The notes beneath the pieces were generated by a model. It saw only the letters and a program-made list of their open reading frames with translations, was not told the DNA's origin and did no database searches. 32,000 nucleotides of DNA. Origin: Promethearchaeum syntrophicum. Lineage in GTDB: Archaea > Asgardarchaeota > Lokiarchaeia > Sigyniarchaeales > Promethearchaeaceae. Below are positions 1 through 10,277 of the stretch, one piece after another. The stretch is from contig NZ_CP042905.2 of the NCBI RefSeq assembly GCF_008000775.2, positions 4,050,001-4,082,000 on the forward strand, given 5' to 3'. A program made the translations under genes and the position numbers. Position 1 is the stretch's first letter; every line of letters starts with the position of its first letter.

Positions 1-336
1 CTCTTGGATTTTCGCTTTTTGTTCTTCATACTGTTTATTAATACGTTCAACTTGCTTTGTAATACTATTTAATCTAATTTCAAGCTCTTCTTTCTTTTCC
101 TTTGAAGAAGTGAGTAAAACTGGAACTGAAGATTTAATAAAGATTCCTCCTGCAGATTTGTAAACAATAGCATCTTCCTCAGCGGATTCTAATTCTTTGA
201 TTGCTGCCTCTTTTTCGGCAAATTGATGTTGTATAGATGATTGTTGTTGCATCATAAACTCCAATTGTTGTTGAATGTTCTGAAAACGCGCGACTTCTTG
301 TTGATCTTGTTGGGATAAATTTGGTGGTTGACTCAT
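1..336 (-). CDS. pfdB: Prefoldin beta subunit, 5' part only; runs off the left edge of the window (not in ORF track)
   Basis: Manual translation of the complement from the ATG at 336: MSQPPNLSQQDQQEVARFQNIQQQLEFMMQQQSSIQHQFAEKEAAIKELESAEEDAIVYKSAGGIFIKSSVPVLLTSSKEKKEELEIRLNSITKQVERINKQYEEQKAKIQE. It has the prefoldin beta pattern FQNxQQQL...EL...VYKxxGxIxIK...EELExRLxxIxKQ flanked by coiled coils. Confidence 0.85.
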   Translation of the reverse strand, partial: MSQPPNLSQQDQQEVARFQNIQQQLEFMMQQQSSIQHQFAEKEAAIKELESAEEDAIVYKSAGGIFIKSSVPVLLTSSKEKKEELEIRLNSITKQVERINKQYEEQKAKIQE

Positions 337-428
337 ATTTACTTTAAATTAATCATAAAATTTGAAAATTATCAATTTAATTTATTTTGATTTAAAATCA
401 TAGATTATAATAGAGGAAGGCGAAAGTT

Positions 429-1238
429 TTGCGAAAAATCCATATTACTTATAATGCACAAGAAAAGAAGAGAATTACTGAGCCAATTTTATCCAGTAAA
501 CCAGATGTATTATATTATATTTGTCATCAAGGAGAAATTGAAGATATTTTCTTAAATTATAAGAAAATGAATTTAGAAACGATTAAAAATAATTTGGAAA
601 ACTGTATAATTATTGAAAATTTTGTTGATTATGTTAATTATTACGATATTATTGGGAATTTAGCAAAGATTATTAGCTCAGAAAACGCAAAAAGCACTGA
701 AGAAGACATATCTTTCACCATAAATATGGGAACTGGAAGTAAAATGGTTGCTGTTGCAAACTTAGATGCAGGACGTCTATGGGACAATATCAAATTAATA
801 TATCCCTACTCACTGGATTACAATCCTAATGAAGAATCAACCCATTCAGGAATTCTTATTTCTGCAGAACCTCCCAAGTTTAAATTCGAAAAACCTCCGC
901 TAGACTTAATAAAAGCAATGCAAATTTTATATTGGTTAATGAAACATGACAAATTTGATAGAGAAAGAGATTTTGTGCTTCAAAGAGATTGGCAAGAAGC
1001 AATATATCGAACGTATAAGATAAGATCTGTCAAGAAAAATATAAATCCTAGAAAACAAGATTCTTCGGAAAAAATATCTATCCTTCGAAGGTTTATTGGA
1101 CCGTTAACAGATAAATGGGGCTTTATTTACCGTAAAAAACAAGGTAGAGATTATAAAGTTTTTTTCACAGATGCGGGTATAAAAATAGTTCTTGTTTTTA
1201 TGAATTACGATTACGGGATTAATTTTCATACAAAATAA
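429..1238 (+). CDS. CARF-like / DUF6293-type transcriptional regulator (Rossmann-like N-terminus plus C-terminal wHTH-like region)
   Basis: 269-aa ORF, apparent TTG start. INMGTGSKMVAVANLDAGRLW resembles the conserved N-x-(T/G)-G-(T/S)-K loop of CARF/DUF6293 proteins; the C-terminal ILRRFIGPLTDKWGFIYRKKQGRDYKVFFTDAG resembles a winged helix. Confidence 0.55.
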   Translation: MRKIHITYNAQEKKRITEPILSSKPDVLYYICHQGEIEDIFLNYKKMNLETIKNNLENCIIIENFVDYVNYYDIIGNLAKIISSENAKSTEEDISFTINMGTGSKMVAVANLDAGRLWDNIKLIYPYSLDYNPNEESTHSGILISAEPPKFKFEKPPLDLIKAMQILYWLMKHDKFDRERDFVLQRDWQEAIYRTYKIRSVKKNINPRKQDSSEKISILRRFIGPLTDKWGFIYRKKQGRDYKVFFTDAGIKIVLVFMNYDYGINFHTK

Positions 1239-1327
1239 GAGTGGAAATATTTATTAAAACAAATTTTTTTAATATCTAATTTACTCGAATATAATAGTAA
1301 ATTGTAAATTTTATTTGGTAGATAAAA

Positions 1328-2362
1328 ATGAGCAGCATTTCAGTTTTAGCCAATAAAGAGAAAACCACTCAAGTATTACAGCAAGCAGAGTATTCTGTCT
1401 ATAATAACATTAGTTCCACGCTTGAAATGTGTTTTGAATTGTTTGCTCGCCATGATACCCCTACTATCCCCACATTATTGATAAAACTTGTAGAAAATAT
1501 CGATATTATAAAACCCTATTTTATACATGAGTTAAAATTACTTAGTAAATTCCTTAGAGCTTTACCACTTATTATTGGAATTGAGAATAGACATGATTTA
1601 CTAAAGGATGATTGTTTATTTATTAGAAAAGGCTTAATTTCAATCAGTATAAATACATTCTCCCATATAATTTCAAATAATCAACTTCCATTAGCAATCG
1701 CTAAAAAAGGGGGATTTTTTGTAGATATTGATGGGGAAAAATTAATTCAACTAAGGAAAAATAAGAATTACTCCAGAAATGATCTCGCAGAAAAACTCAA
1801 AGTATCAGCCAAATCTATTATGCATTATGAAAAAAATGCAATGAGAACATCCACAGAACATGCCCAACATCTTAAAGAAATTTTGGGAGATTCTATTCAG
1901 GTTCCGATCAATACATATGAATATATTAATCAATCCTTCTCTGATTTTTCAGTTAATCCTCAAATGCAAAGAAAAATTTCTGCAAAAAATCGCGAATTAA
2001 TGAACACAATTAATGAAATAGTTGAAGATACAGGATATCAAACCTATTGGACTCGAACCAGCCCCTTTGATTTATTTATCTATCGAGAAAACGATGATTC
2101 CACAAAAATAGAAGATTATACCTTAATCGGTGGAACGATGAGTGAAAAAATTTATCAAAAATCCACACACGATACAAAAATAAATTTCTTAAAAAATACT
2201 AAAAATTCTGCTGGAACTACAAGTATAATGATTTGCGAAGATGAAAATCGAGATGTAAAACAGGTGAAACGAGAAAAGGTTCCATATATTGTAATTAAAG
2301 AATTAAAAATTCTTGATGATCCAAAGGAATTCAAGAAATTAATAAAAACACGAAAGAATTAA
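1328..2362 (+). CDS. Archaeal HTH-type transcriptional regulator (XRE-type HTH, MJ0568-like family)
   Basis: 344 aa; the central segment GEKLIQLRKNKNYSRNDLAEKLKVSAKSIMHYEK is a clear XRE HTH, in the middle of a longer protein as in this archaeal family. Confidence 0.75.
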   Translation: MSSISVLANKEKTTQVLQQAEYSVYNNISSTLEMCFELFARHDTPTIPTLLIKLVENIDIIKPYFIHELKLLSKFLRALPLIIGIENRHDLLKDDCLFIRKGLISISINTFSHIISNNQLPLAIAKKGGFFVDIDGEKLIQLRKNKNYSRNDLAEKLKVSAKSIMHYEKNAMRTSTEHAQHLKEILGDSIQVPINTYEYINQSFSDFSVNPQMQRKISAKNRELMNTINEIVEDTGYQTYWTRTSPFDLFIYRENDDSTKIEDYTLIGGTMSEKIYQKSTHDTKINFLKNTKNSAGTTSIMICEDENRDVKQVKREKVPYIVIKELKILDDPKEFKKLIKTRKN

Positions 2363-2401
2363 TATTTTTTAAATTATAAACTAATTTTGGAATTATTACT
2401 C

Positions 2402-3076
2402 ATGTTAATAGCTGGATTAGATGAAGCAGGGAGAGGCCCAGTAATTGGAAGCTTAGTTATTGGCTGTGTGATCTTCAATGAAAAAGACCTCCCTATCTTG
2501 GATGATATTGGGGTAGATGATTCCAAAAAAATCACATCTAAACGAAGAGAAATATTAGCTAAAAAAATCAAATCCCATGCTGTGAGTTATGATATACTTG
2601 AGATTACGGCTAAAGATATTAATGCACTCCATAAGAAAGGATTAACCCTTAATGAAATAGAGGAAATAAGTTTTGCAAAATTGATAAATGGGATAAAACC
2701 ACAACCCGATATTATTTATTTGGACGCTGCAGATGTTATTGAAGACCGGTTTGGGAAAACAATCGGAAGCATGTTAAGATTTAAACCCAAAAAAATTATT
2801 TCTAAGCATCGAGGCGATGCCATTTTTAAAATTGTGGGTGCTGCTTCGATTCTAGCAAAAACTAAACGCGATCAAATTATTGAGGAATATAAAAAGGAAT
2901 ATGGAAATATAGGTTCAGGATATCCAAGTGATCCTTATACGAAAAAATTCTTAAAATCCTATTATTATTCCAATCAGAAATTTCCTCCGATAGTTCGGAC
3001 TTGGTGGAAAACCGCTGAAAACATTAAAAAAGATTATGAAATGCAAAAAAAGCAGAAAAAATTAACGGAATTCTGA
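2402..3076 (+). CDS. rnhB: Ribonuclease HII
   Basis: MLIAGLDEAGRGPVIGSLVIG...DDSKKI...DAADV...KHRGDAIFKIVGAASILAKTKRD. The ATG at 2402 is a more likely start than the TTG at 2387 used in the ORF track. Confidence 0.95.
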   Translation: MLIAGLDEAGRGPVIGSLVIGCVIFNEKDLPILDDIGVDDSKKITSKRREILAKKIKSHAVSYDILEITAKDINALHKKGLTLNEIEEISFAKLINGIKPQPDIIYLDAADVIEDRFGKTIGSMLRFKPKKIISKHRGDAIFKIVGAASILAKTKRDQIIEEYKKEYGNIGSGYPSDPYTKKFLKSYYYSNQKFPPIVRTWWKTAENIKKDYEMQKKQKKLTEF

Positions 3077-3116
3077 TCTTATTCAAAGATATGTAGAGAT
3101 AAAGTGAAAATGTAAA

Positions 3117-3965
3117 ATGAAAACAATGAAGATACCTTGGTTTGATAAACAAACTTTTGTAGTTACAGGAGGTAGTTCTGGAATTGGGTTTGCTATTTCC
3201 CAAAAACTTGCGCAAGAAGGCGCAAAGGTCATTGCGGTTAGTTATAATCCAACGGAATTTTCTATCGCTCAATCAAAGCTTGATGCTGATCAGCAGAATA
3301 TAGAATTTTTTAAGTGTGATATTACCAATTCCGAGGACCGAGAAAGTTTGAAGCAATTCATTTCAAGTCGCGAACGATCTTTAGCAGGGATAATTAATGC
3401 AGCAGGGATTACAACCTACGGACCATTTCTTAAAACACCAATTTCAGCTCTTAAGAAATTATACGATATTAATTTTACCGGAACAATACTATTTACTCGT
3501 GATATTCTTCCTTTGGTCCTCAATGATCAGACAACAGATCTAAAATATTTGGGATTTATTTCAAGCACCTCTGGAATTGCTGCTATGCCATATTTTGGAG
3601 GATATCCCGCCACCAAGGCAGGTGTCGAGATGTTTTTACGATGTATGGAATTAGAATACCCAAAAAATGTCAAAATTTTATCAATTCGTCCTGGTCCGGT
3701 TAGAACTAACCTTTATAATAATGTTACCACTGCTCCAGATTATAATATAAAGAGGTTATTGGATTCAAGGTTTCAATTGAAAGTTCTTCCGGAGGTCGTC
3801 GCTTCTGCATTTGTTAGAGCAATCAAAAAGAAAAAGCATGGCATAATCTATCCAAAATTTGGAACCAAGATTTCAGCGAGATTCATGAAACGAAAAATGA
3901 TCGCAAAACTCATGATGAAAGGTATGGAATATATGAATACAATGGATAAATCCAGGACAGTTTAA
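3117..3965 (+). CDS. Short-chain dehydrogenase/reductase (SDR family)
   Basis: TGGSSGIGFAISQKLAQEGAKV nucleotide-binding motif, INAAG, and the YxxxK motif in YPATKAG/YFGGYPATK. Confidence 0.9.
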   Translation: MKTMKIPWFDKQTFVVTGGSSGIGFAISQKLAQEGAKVIAVSYNPTEFSIAQSKLDADQQNIEFFKCDITNSEDRESLKQFISSRERSLAGIINAAGITTYGPFLKTPISALKKLYDINFTGTILFTRDILPLVLNDQTTDLKYLGFISSTSGIAAMPYFGGYPATKAGVEMFLRCMELEYPKNVKILSIRPGPVRTNLYNNVTTAPDYNIKRLLDSRFQLKVLPEVVASAFVRAIKKKKHGIIYPKFGTKISARFMKRKMIAKLMMKGMEYMNTMDKSRTV

Positions 3966-4051
3966 TCTGGTGTATCAACTGTTAAGAAATATTTAATTAA
4001 AATTAATGAAGAAGTAGAGAAATTTAACAGATTTCAAATATTAACAAATAA

Positions 4052-4543
4052 TTATGGGATAATCAAATTCGATCTTGCTTGAGCGATTAATCTACAATCT
4101 CGTGTATAGATTTCTGCTGTGCAATTTACAACATTTTTACCAAATTTAATAATTTTTCCCTTTACGCTTAAAATTTGACCTAATTTCGCTTTACGAAGGT
4201 AATCTACTTTTAGATCAATGGCATAAAGAAACTGGTCTAAATCCAAACTTGCACCTGTCATTCCAACAACTTCATCCATTATCGCACATTGTATACCACC
4301 ATGAAGGACACCAGCAGGATTTGTTAATTTTGGAGATACCACAAATTCTAATTCTACTTCACCGGGATAAGCCTTAATTATACTTGCATTTAACCATGAA
4401 GATAAGGGAGATTTCGGTAAACTTTCACATAATCCATTCATATCATTATCTAACCTAATTTCATAACTGCATGGATTATAATCAACATCTTCCCTAGTAA
4501 TTTTTTGAGCAGCCATCCAGAACACATCAGAATTTTTATTCAA
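4052..4543 (-). CDS. PaaI-family (hotdog fold) thioesterase
   Basis: NPAGVLHGGIQCAIMDEVVGMT...TIDLKVDYLR-like pattern (AIDLKVDYLRKAKLG), typical of hotdog thioesterases. Confidence 0.85.
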   Translation of the reverse strand: MNKNSDVFWMAAQKITREDVDYNPCSYEIRLDNDMNGLCESLPKSPLSSWLNASIIKAYPGEVELEFVVSPKLTNPAGVLHGGIQCAIMDEVVGMTGASLDLDQFLYAIDLKVDYLRKAKLGQILSVKGKIIKFGKNVVNCTAEIYTRDCRLIAQARSNLIIP

Positions 4544-4741
4544 ATACTTGTAATTTTAATCAAACAAATATTTTTCACATTATTAACTTAATTCAGTGGA
4601 ACCATTTAAAGATTTTGCAACTAAACATTTATGTTTCATGGGAAAAAAATCGAGAATTAACATTTAATGATCAAAAACGATCAATGATTAATAATTATCA
4701 AAAATAATAAGGTAATTCACTATAAGAAAGAACAAATAAAA

Positions 4742-5767
4742 TCACCAATGGTTAATAACATGCTCGGCGTGACCAAATAATTGATCTTCTTTTCGAATGT
4801 GAATTTTTTCTCTATTATCAAGCACTACAGTTCCAGTAAAAAAGCCATATACTTTAAGTACTTTCATATTTAGTAAAATATAATTTGTTTTTTCATTCTC
4901 AATGAATGTTGGGTGTAATTTTAGGTTGATTCGTTCATCCATACTTTTGAATATCCAATCTTCTTCAATATTCGATGAATTCCATGTATATGTTACTTCA
5001 TCTAAATGATGTCCTTTACTATCAAAGAAGATCATATTTTTACTTGATTCAGTTCCGAATCCATAATCAAAATTTAATCCAAAATTATGATTGTTAACTT
5101 TTCCAGATGCAGAAGCCCATCTCCACTCAACTCTGTATGGAAAAACTGCTCGTGTCCAATCTAAACAGCCATAAACGCGGTCTTTCCGAGAAATTTCAAT
5201 TTTTCGATCTCCTACTTGAAATTTTCCAGTAGCAGGCATGCAATTGATTTTTTGTGCGTAGACAAACTGATTTTTTTTGTTGAATGGTATCACATTGGTC
5301 ATTGTATCCATATTTTTTGGTTGTTCCAGTTTTATTTCTCCTTTAAATCCCTTTCCATCTTCAAAATCGGGAAAATCAAATTTAAAGATTCTATGATCAG
5401 GTTTACGGATAGATTTCCAGGAGGAGTTCTTAATTTTGATATTAATATCCCCCACATCTGATGTCGGAGGGAGATTTAAAGATCCTTTGGAAAACCAAAG
5501 AATTTCACTGGCTTCTTTTTTGGTTTTATTTTTAAAATCTATAAAAGTGGCTTGAATTTTTGCTTGATAACCAACATCATAAACTACTAGGAATAAATCG
5601 TATTTATCATTGCGAATCTCATAGAAATCCCATTCTTTAATACGAAAAGGATGTGATTTAACATGGTTTCGATTGTACTGTAGAAATATTTGTCGAGCCC
5701 ACCCACTCTGAGTTAACACACCATCTAGTGTTAATAAATCTCCGGTTTGTGTGATTTCGGTTTGCAT
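4742..5767 (-). CDS. DUF2804-family protein
   Basis: 341 aa; DRVYGCLDWTRAVFPYRVEWRWASASG...FGLNFDYGFG is characteristic of DUF2804 proteins. Confidence 0.7.
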   Translation of the reverse strand: MQTEITQTGDLLTLDGVLTQSGWARQIFLQYNRNHVKSHPFRIKEWDFYEIRNDKYDLFLVVYDVGYQAKIQATFIDFKNKTKKEASEILWFSKGSLNLPPTSDVGDINIKIKNSSWKSIRKPDHRIFKFDFPDFEDGKGFKGEIKLEQPKNMDTMTNVIPFNKKNQFVYAQKINCMPATGKFQVGDRKIEISRKDRVYGCLDWTRAVFPYRVEWRWASASGKVNNHNFGLNFDYGFGTESSKNMIFFDSKGHHLDEVTYTWNSSNIEEDWIFKSMDERINLKLHPTFIENEKTNYILLNMKVLKVYGFFTGTVVLDNREKIHIRKEDQLFGHAEHVINHW

Positions 5768-5914
5768 GTATCAAATTCTTTGTTTAAATTATAAAAGGTA
5801 TTCTATTCCAATAATTAAAAAGTATAAATAAATGAATTGATTTCAATTATAATGACTAATTTAAAATATCTCACCCATATTTATCAATCAATAAATATTT
5901 GAGTAGATTTATTT

Positions 5915-6274
5915 ATGGAAAAAAAAATAGAATTAAAAATTGATGAAATCAAAGAAAATCAAGGAATTAAAATCAATCTTGAAAATATAGAAATATTATT
6001 AACAAAAATCGATGGTAAAATTTATGCTACAACAGATCGCTGTGGCCATATGAGTGTTTCTCTTTCAGCTGGAGAGGTTCATGACGGAATTGTCACTTGT
6101 CCAATGCATAAAGCTCAATTCAATATTAAAACAGGTGAAAAAATAAGAGGACCTAAAATTCCTAAATTACTTTCCCCTACAAAAATGGGAAAATTAATGA
6201 ATAACGTAAAAACACATAATTTACGAGTTTATCCAGTACATGTTAGGAATGAAGAGATTTTTATTGATATGTAA
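5915..6274 (+). CDS. Rieske [2Fe-2S] ferredoxin-like protein
   Basis: DRCGHMSVSLSAGEVHDGIVTCPMHKAQFNIKTG has the C-x-H ... C-x2-H ligand spacing of Rieske centres. Confidence 0.85.
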   Translation: MEKKIELKIDEIKENQGIKINLENIEILLTKIDGKIYATTDRCGHMSVSLSAGEVHDGIVTCPMHKAQFNIKTGEKIRGPKIPKLLSPTKMGKLMNNVKTHNLRVYPVHVRNEEIFIDM

Positions 6275-6275
6275 C

Positions 6276-6971
6276 TCACAGACCTTGATATCTTCCAAAT
6301 AGAACCACATGATCTGTTTGAAAGGAAGTTATATTTACATTATCGGTCACCATTAGACCATTCTCTTCCAATGTTTTGATCTCTTTGGCGAAAATTTCTT
6401 TTGGACTTGCTATACTATCGATACTTCGAGATTTCACCGTGTAAATAAATTTTCCGACTCCCGGTTTTAAATACATTTTAGCGTTTTTGATTAAAATTTC
6501 TGATTGATTAGGCTGAGCTACGTCCATATATATTATATCGATTGCCCCAGTAATGAATTTAAGATATTCATGAGGTTGGTTAGCATCTCCGAGAATTGGA
6601 ATAACATTTTGTCGATCTACAGAATTTTGAACCAGTTCTCTTAAACTCCTGGAAGAAAATTCGATTGCATAAATAATACCCTTTGTGACAATATCAGACA
6701 CGTGACTTACAGTTGTTCCACTGGAGGCACCTAAGTATAATACTTTTGAGGATGGATTTATGAAAATTTTTCTAGCATTACATTTTATGGCAGCACACAA
6801 TTTGCTTCGGAAAGGATTCCATTCTCGATATTGCAGATCGCCGTCTAATAATAGTTTTTCTCCATAGACAGATTTATTAAAATCCAGGTTAACTGTGTAA
6901 ATTTTTTGAGTTTCTTTATAACCCGATAGAAATATTCCATCGAATTTATTATGTTTTTTGAATTTGGCCAT
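6276..6971 (-). CDS. flpA: Fibrillarin-like rRNA/tRNA 2'-O-methyltransferase (C/D box RNP)
   Basis: VLYLGASSGTTVSHVSDIV (SAM-binding), IIYMDVAQPNQSEILI, YTVKSRSID. Directly follows a Nop5 gene. Confidence 0.95.
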   Translation of the reverse strand: MAKFKKHNKFDGIFLSGYKETQKIYTVNLDFNKSVYGEKLLLDGDLQYREWNPFRSKLCAAIKCNARKIFINPSSKVLYLGASSGTTVSHVSDIVTKGIIYAIEFSSRSLRELVQNSVDRQNVIPILGDANQPHEYLKFITGAIDIIYMDVAQPNQSEILIKNAKMYLKPGVGKFIYTVKSRSIDSIASPKEIFAKEIKTLEENGLMVTDNVNITSFQTDHVVLFGRYQGL

Positions 6972-6975
6972 ATAA

Positions 6976-8334
6976 TCACCGTTTCTGATATTTAGATTTT
7001 TGATTTTTAGATCCTTGATATTGAGATTTTTTGTATTTAGATTTCTGATAACCAGATTTTTGATATTTTGATTTTTGATTACCGGATTTTTGATATTTAG
7101 ATTTGGATCCTTGGTATTTTCCCTTGCTTTTTTGTTGAAAATCGGGCTTAATCTCCTGTTTTTTAGGGGCTCTTGGAAATTGAGTTTTAATTTTTTCTAT
7201 TTTTCTCTCAATCTCTTCTTTATATTTATCCCCAATAAATTCCCCTTTATAATAATCAACTTTCGCTAGAATACTTATTTTTCCAGAAACCATTCGGGCG
7301 ATTTTTCCACGTAGATACGCTTTTTCTCCTCGAATTTTGTTCCATTGAAATAAAATTCCATATTTAGGAGTTTTTCCACCAGATTTTAATGCTTTGAATA
7401 AGGCTTTTTCAGCCCCTAAAATTTGAATAGTGCTGGATGAAAATTTCGCTAATCTTTCTAAACTTCCTGCAATTGAAATTAGTTTGGCTGTTATTGAAGC
7501 ACCTAAAACAAATTTTAAATTGGGAGCAACTGAATCTAATGCTTCCGAAATGTATTCCTCCAGACTAATTCGATATTCTATTTGATCTAAAACGGTTTTC
7601 GCTAATCTTTTAATCGTAATAATGTCTGTTTCTGATAAATCTCCCCCCAATGATCGTTTCGCTTTTGCTTCAACTGTCTCAATTTTATCTTCACTTAAAC
7701 CGGTAATGGATTGAATTTGATCTACTGTAAAATTATCCCTAAGTCCTAATTCTGCAACAAGTTTTGCATATATAGTGTGGTCATAAATTAATTTATCCGT
7801 TAATTCGGGAAAATGTAACCCATACCATTCTCTCAGTCTTGTTGATAAAATATTAATGGATTTATCCAGATCGACAATAGAATCCCCAGCTTGTTTAATT
7901 TGATAATCTTTTTGGGTAATACTTTCAGCGAATTGTTCTTTAATCATGATTTCCGAGAGAATTTTCGATCTCGAATATAACTGTTTTGCCTTAAAGGGAA
8001 TTTTCGAATCTAATAAGAGTTGTATCAGATTTTCTCTTAAATCTCTAAAACGTGGAATATCTTCGGTAATTACACCAGAAACATCAGAAATATCTTTAAA
8101 AAGAGGTTTATAAGAAGGATTTTCTATTTCAACTGCGGAACAACCTTGTTCTTTCAATTTTTGAATAAATTGCTGAAAATCTGGAGGAAGTTCTCCTTTC
8201 TCCATTAGAATATAGTAGTTGGCCAAATCATTTAATGATTTATCATGATAAATAGTTCCAATTACTTTATTTTTCTCATTTAATACAATTATTCCATGGA
8301 CCGATGTTAATAGTAAAGCTTTCATTAGGTTCAA
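6976..8334 (-). CDS. nop5: Nop5/Nop56/Nop58 (NOP domain) C/D box RNP core protein with basic repetitive C-terminal tail
   Basis: DTVLDQ..., SLEEYISEALDSVAPNLKFVLGASITAKLISIAGSLERLAKFSSSTIQILGAEKALFKAL...TPKYGILFQ is the NOP-domain signature. Tail: SKYQKSGNQKSKYQKSGYQKSKYKKSQYQGSKNQKSKYQKR. Confidence 0.95.
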   Translation of the reverse strand: MNLMKALLLTSVHGIIVLNEKNKVIGTIYHDKSLNDLANYYILMEKGELPPDFQQFIQKLKEQGCSAVEIENPSYKPLFKDISDVSGVITEDIPRFRDLRENLIQLLLDSKIPFKAKQLYSRSKILSEIMIKEQFAESITQKDYQIKQAGDSIVDLDKSINILSTRLREWYGLHFPELTDKLIYDHTIYAKLVAELGLRDNFTVDQIQSITGLSEDKIETVEAKAKRSLGGDLSETDIITIKRLAKTVLDQIEYRISLEEYISEALDSVAPNLKFVLGASITAKLISIAGSLERLAKFSSSTIQILGAEKALFKALKSGGKTPKYGILFQWNKIRGEKAYLRGKIARMVSGKISILAKVDYYKGEFIGDKYKEEIERKIEKIKTQFPRAPKKQEIKPDFQQKSKGKYQGSKSKYQKSGNQKSKYQKSGYQKSKYKKSQYQGSKNQKSKYQKR

Positions 8335-8423
8335 CCGAATTCTTCGATATATTCATCAATTCTTATTAAGCAAAAAATTTTTTGCCTTTCGAATTTTAAT
8401 TTTCATAAGGAATTAGAAAATTC

Positions 8424-9392
8424 TTGAAAAAAGGAGTCATCAGAATGCTAAATGAATTATCTTGTGAGATTTCAGGTATAAAATTTAAAAATCCATTAAT
8501 TTTAGCAAGCGGAATATTAGGTGTTGCTCCTTCTTCAATAGTACGACTAGCAAAAGCAGGTATTGGTGGATCAACAACAAAATCGATAGGCCCAAGAACT
8601 CGTTTAGGTTTCAGTAATCCAAGTATTATCGAAATTGATGATGGTACCTTTTTGAATTCAGTTGGATTAGCAAATCCTGGAATAGAAGCTTTTATTCCTG
8701 AAATAGAAGAGATTAAAAAAAAGACTAGTATACCTCTAATTGTAAGTGTATTTGGAGATAATCCAGAAATTTATGCAGAAATTGCAAAAAAATCAGAACT
8801 TGCTGGAGCTGATGCTATAGAAATAAATGTATCTTGTCCTCATGCTGAAGTAGCATCGATTGGATTGTCTGCTGAACTCACTAAAGAATTTACGCAATGT
8901 GTTAAAAAAGCGGTAAATATACCCGTTTTTGTAAAATTAACCCCAAACCTTGCAAACATTATCCGAATTGCCAAAGCAGCTGAAGAAGGAGGTGCGGATG
9001 CAATAGTAGCAATAAATACAGTTCGCGGATTATCTCTTGATATTGAAACTGGAAGACCGATATTATCTCATGGAATTGGGGGAATTTCTGGTACAGCAAT
9101 ACGACCCATTGGAGTTCGCTGTGTTTATGAGATTTATCCACATATTAAAATTCCAATTATTGGTTGCGGTGGGATCAGCAAATGGCAAGATGTATTAGAA
9201 TATATATATGCTGGAGCCACTGCGGTTCAAATAGGTTCAATATTTTCGAGGGGTGAAGATAAAATTATAGAAATATTAGATGGACTTCATAATTTTCTAA
9301 AGAAGCATAATATCTCAAATCTTCAAGAATTGAAGGGGAAATCACATGATTATGATGATGAATTGGAGGCGAAACCAAAATTCCTAAATTGA
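8424..9392 (+). CDS. pyrD: Dihydroorotate dehydrogenase, class 1B-like catalytic subunit
   Basis: [13 protein letters not shown]...NSVGLANPG...INVSCPHAE...VKLTPN...AINTVRG...ISGTAIRPI...[26 protein letters not shown]; followed directly by pyrK. Confidence 0.93.
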   Translation: MKKGVIRMLNELSCEISGIKFKNPLILASGILGVAPSSIVRLAKAGIGGSTTKSIGPRTRLGFSNPSIIEIDDGTFLNSVGLANPGIEAFIPEIEEIKKKTSIPLIVSVFGDNPEIYAEIAKKSELAGADAIEINVSCPHAEVASIGLSAELTKEFTQCVKKAVNIPVFVKLTPNLANIIRIAKAAEEGGADAIVAINTVRGLSLDIETGRPILSHGIGGISGTAIRPIGVRCVYEIYPHIKIPIIGCGGISKWQDVLEYIYAGATAVQIGSIFSRGEDKIIEILDGLHNFLKKHNISNLQELKGKSHDYDDELEAKPKFLN

Positions 9393-10261
9393 AACCACCG
9401 TATGATTACCGATTAAATAAACCATTTTTAACTCCAATAATTGATATTATAAAGGAAAATAACAGGATTAAGACCTTTATTATAGAATACAATCCAATCT
9501 TTGAACCAGTAAAGATTAATCCGGGTCAATTTGTCATGGTGTGGATACCTGGGAGTGACGAAATCCCAATGTCTGTTTCCCACATAGGTAAAAATTCTAA
9601 AATAAGTATATCTGTTGCAAATGTTGGAGACACAACTCATTTGATGCATCAATTGAAAATTGGTGATAAGATTGGAATTAGAGGACCGTATGGAAATTGG
9701 TTTACATCTCAAGATGGAACTGCAATAGTAATTGGCGGGGGAATTGGTATGGCATCAGTTCTTTCTATCATACAAGATCTTTCAAATCATAAAAAAATCC
9801 CAACAGATATTAAAATTGATAAAATAATATGTATCAATGGGGCAAAAACTGAAACAGAACTCTGTTTTACTGAAGAACTACAGAAAATACTTAATGAAGG
9901 TGATTCTCTTGAAATTTGTACAGATGATGGCTCACTTGGATTTAAAGGGTTTACCACAGAAAAATTGAAAGAAATTCTAGACAAAGAAAAATCGAATGCA
10001 ATTACTGTTTATGCTTGTGGACCTGAAAAAATGTTAAAAACAGTTTTTCAAATATGTGAAGATCATAATAAAATATCGGTTCAATTGAGTTTGGAACGGA
10101 TGATGCGTTGTGGGTTCGGCATTTGTGGATTATGCGCTTTGGAACCAACTGGTTTACTAGTGTGTCAAGATGGCCCGATTTTTACGAATGAAATTTTACG
10201 AGAAATTACTGATTTTGGAAAAATTCATAGAGATTTTTCAGGCAAAACTTATTCTATATAA
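9389..10261 (+). CDS. pyrK: Dihydroorotate dehydrogenase electron transfer subunit (FAD/2Fe-2S)
   Basis: PGQFVMVWIPG, GPYGNWF, IGGGIGMASV, ERMMRCGFGICGLCALEPTGLLVCQDGPIF (C-terminal 2Fe-2S). Overlaps pyrD by 4 nt with an apparent TTG start. Confidence 0.93.
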   Translation: MKPPYDYRLNKPFLTPIIDIIKENNRIKTFIIEYNPIFEPVKINPGQFVMVWIPGSDEIPMSVSHIGKNSKISISVANVGDTTHLMHQLKIGDKIGIRGPYGNWFTSQDGTAIVIGGGIGMASVLSIIQDLSNHKKIPTDIKIDKIICINGAKTETELCFTEELQKILNEGDSLEICTDDGSLGFKGFTTEKLKEILDKEKSNAITVYACGPEKMLKTVFQICEDHNKISVQLSLERMMRCGFGICGLCALEPTGLLVCQDGPIFTNEILREITDFGKIHRDFSGKTYSI

Positions 10262-10277
10262 GAGATGAAGATAAAAA

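Noticed and set aside
2374-3272. Minus-strand ORFs at 2374-2571 and 3024-3272
   Set aside because: Antisense to rnhB and to the start of the SDR gene, both of which have clear family motifs.
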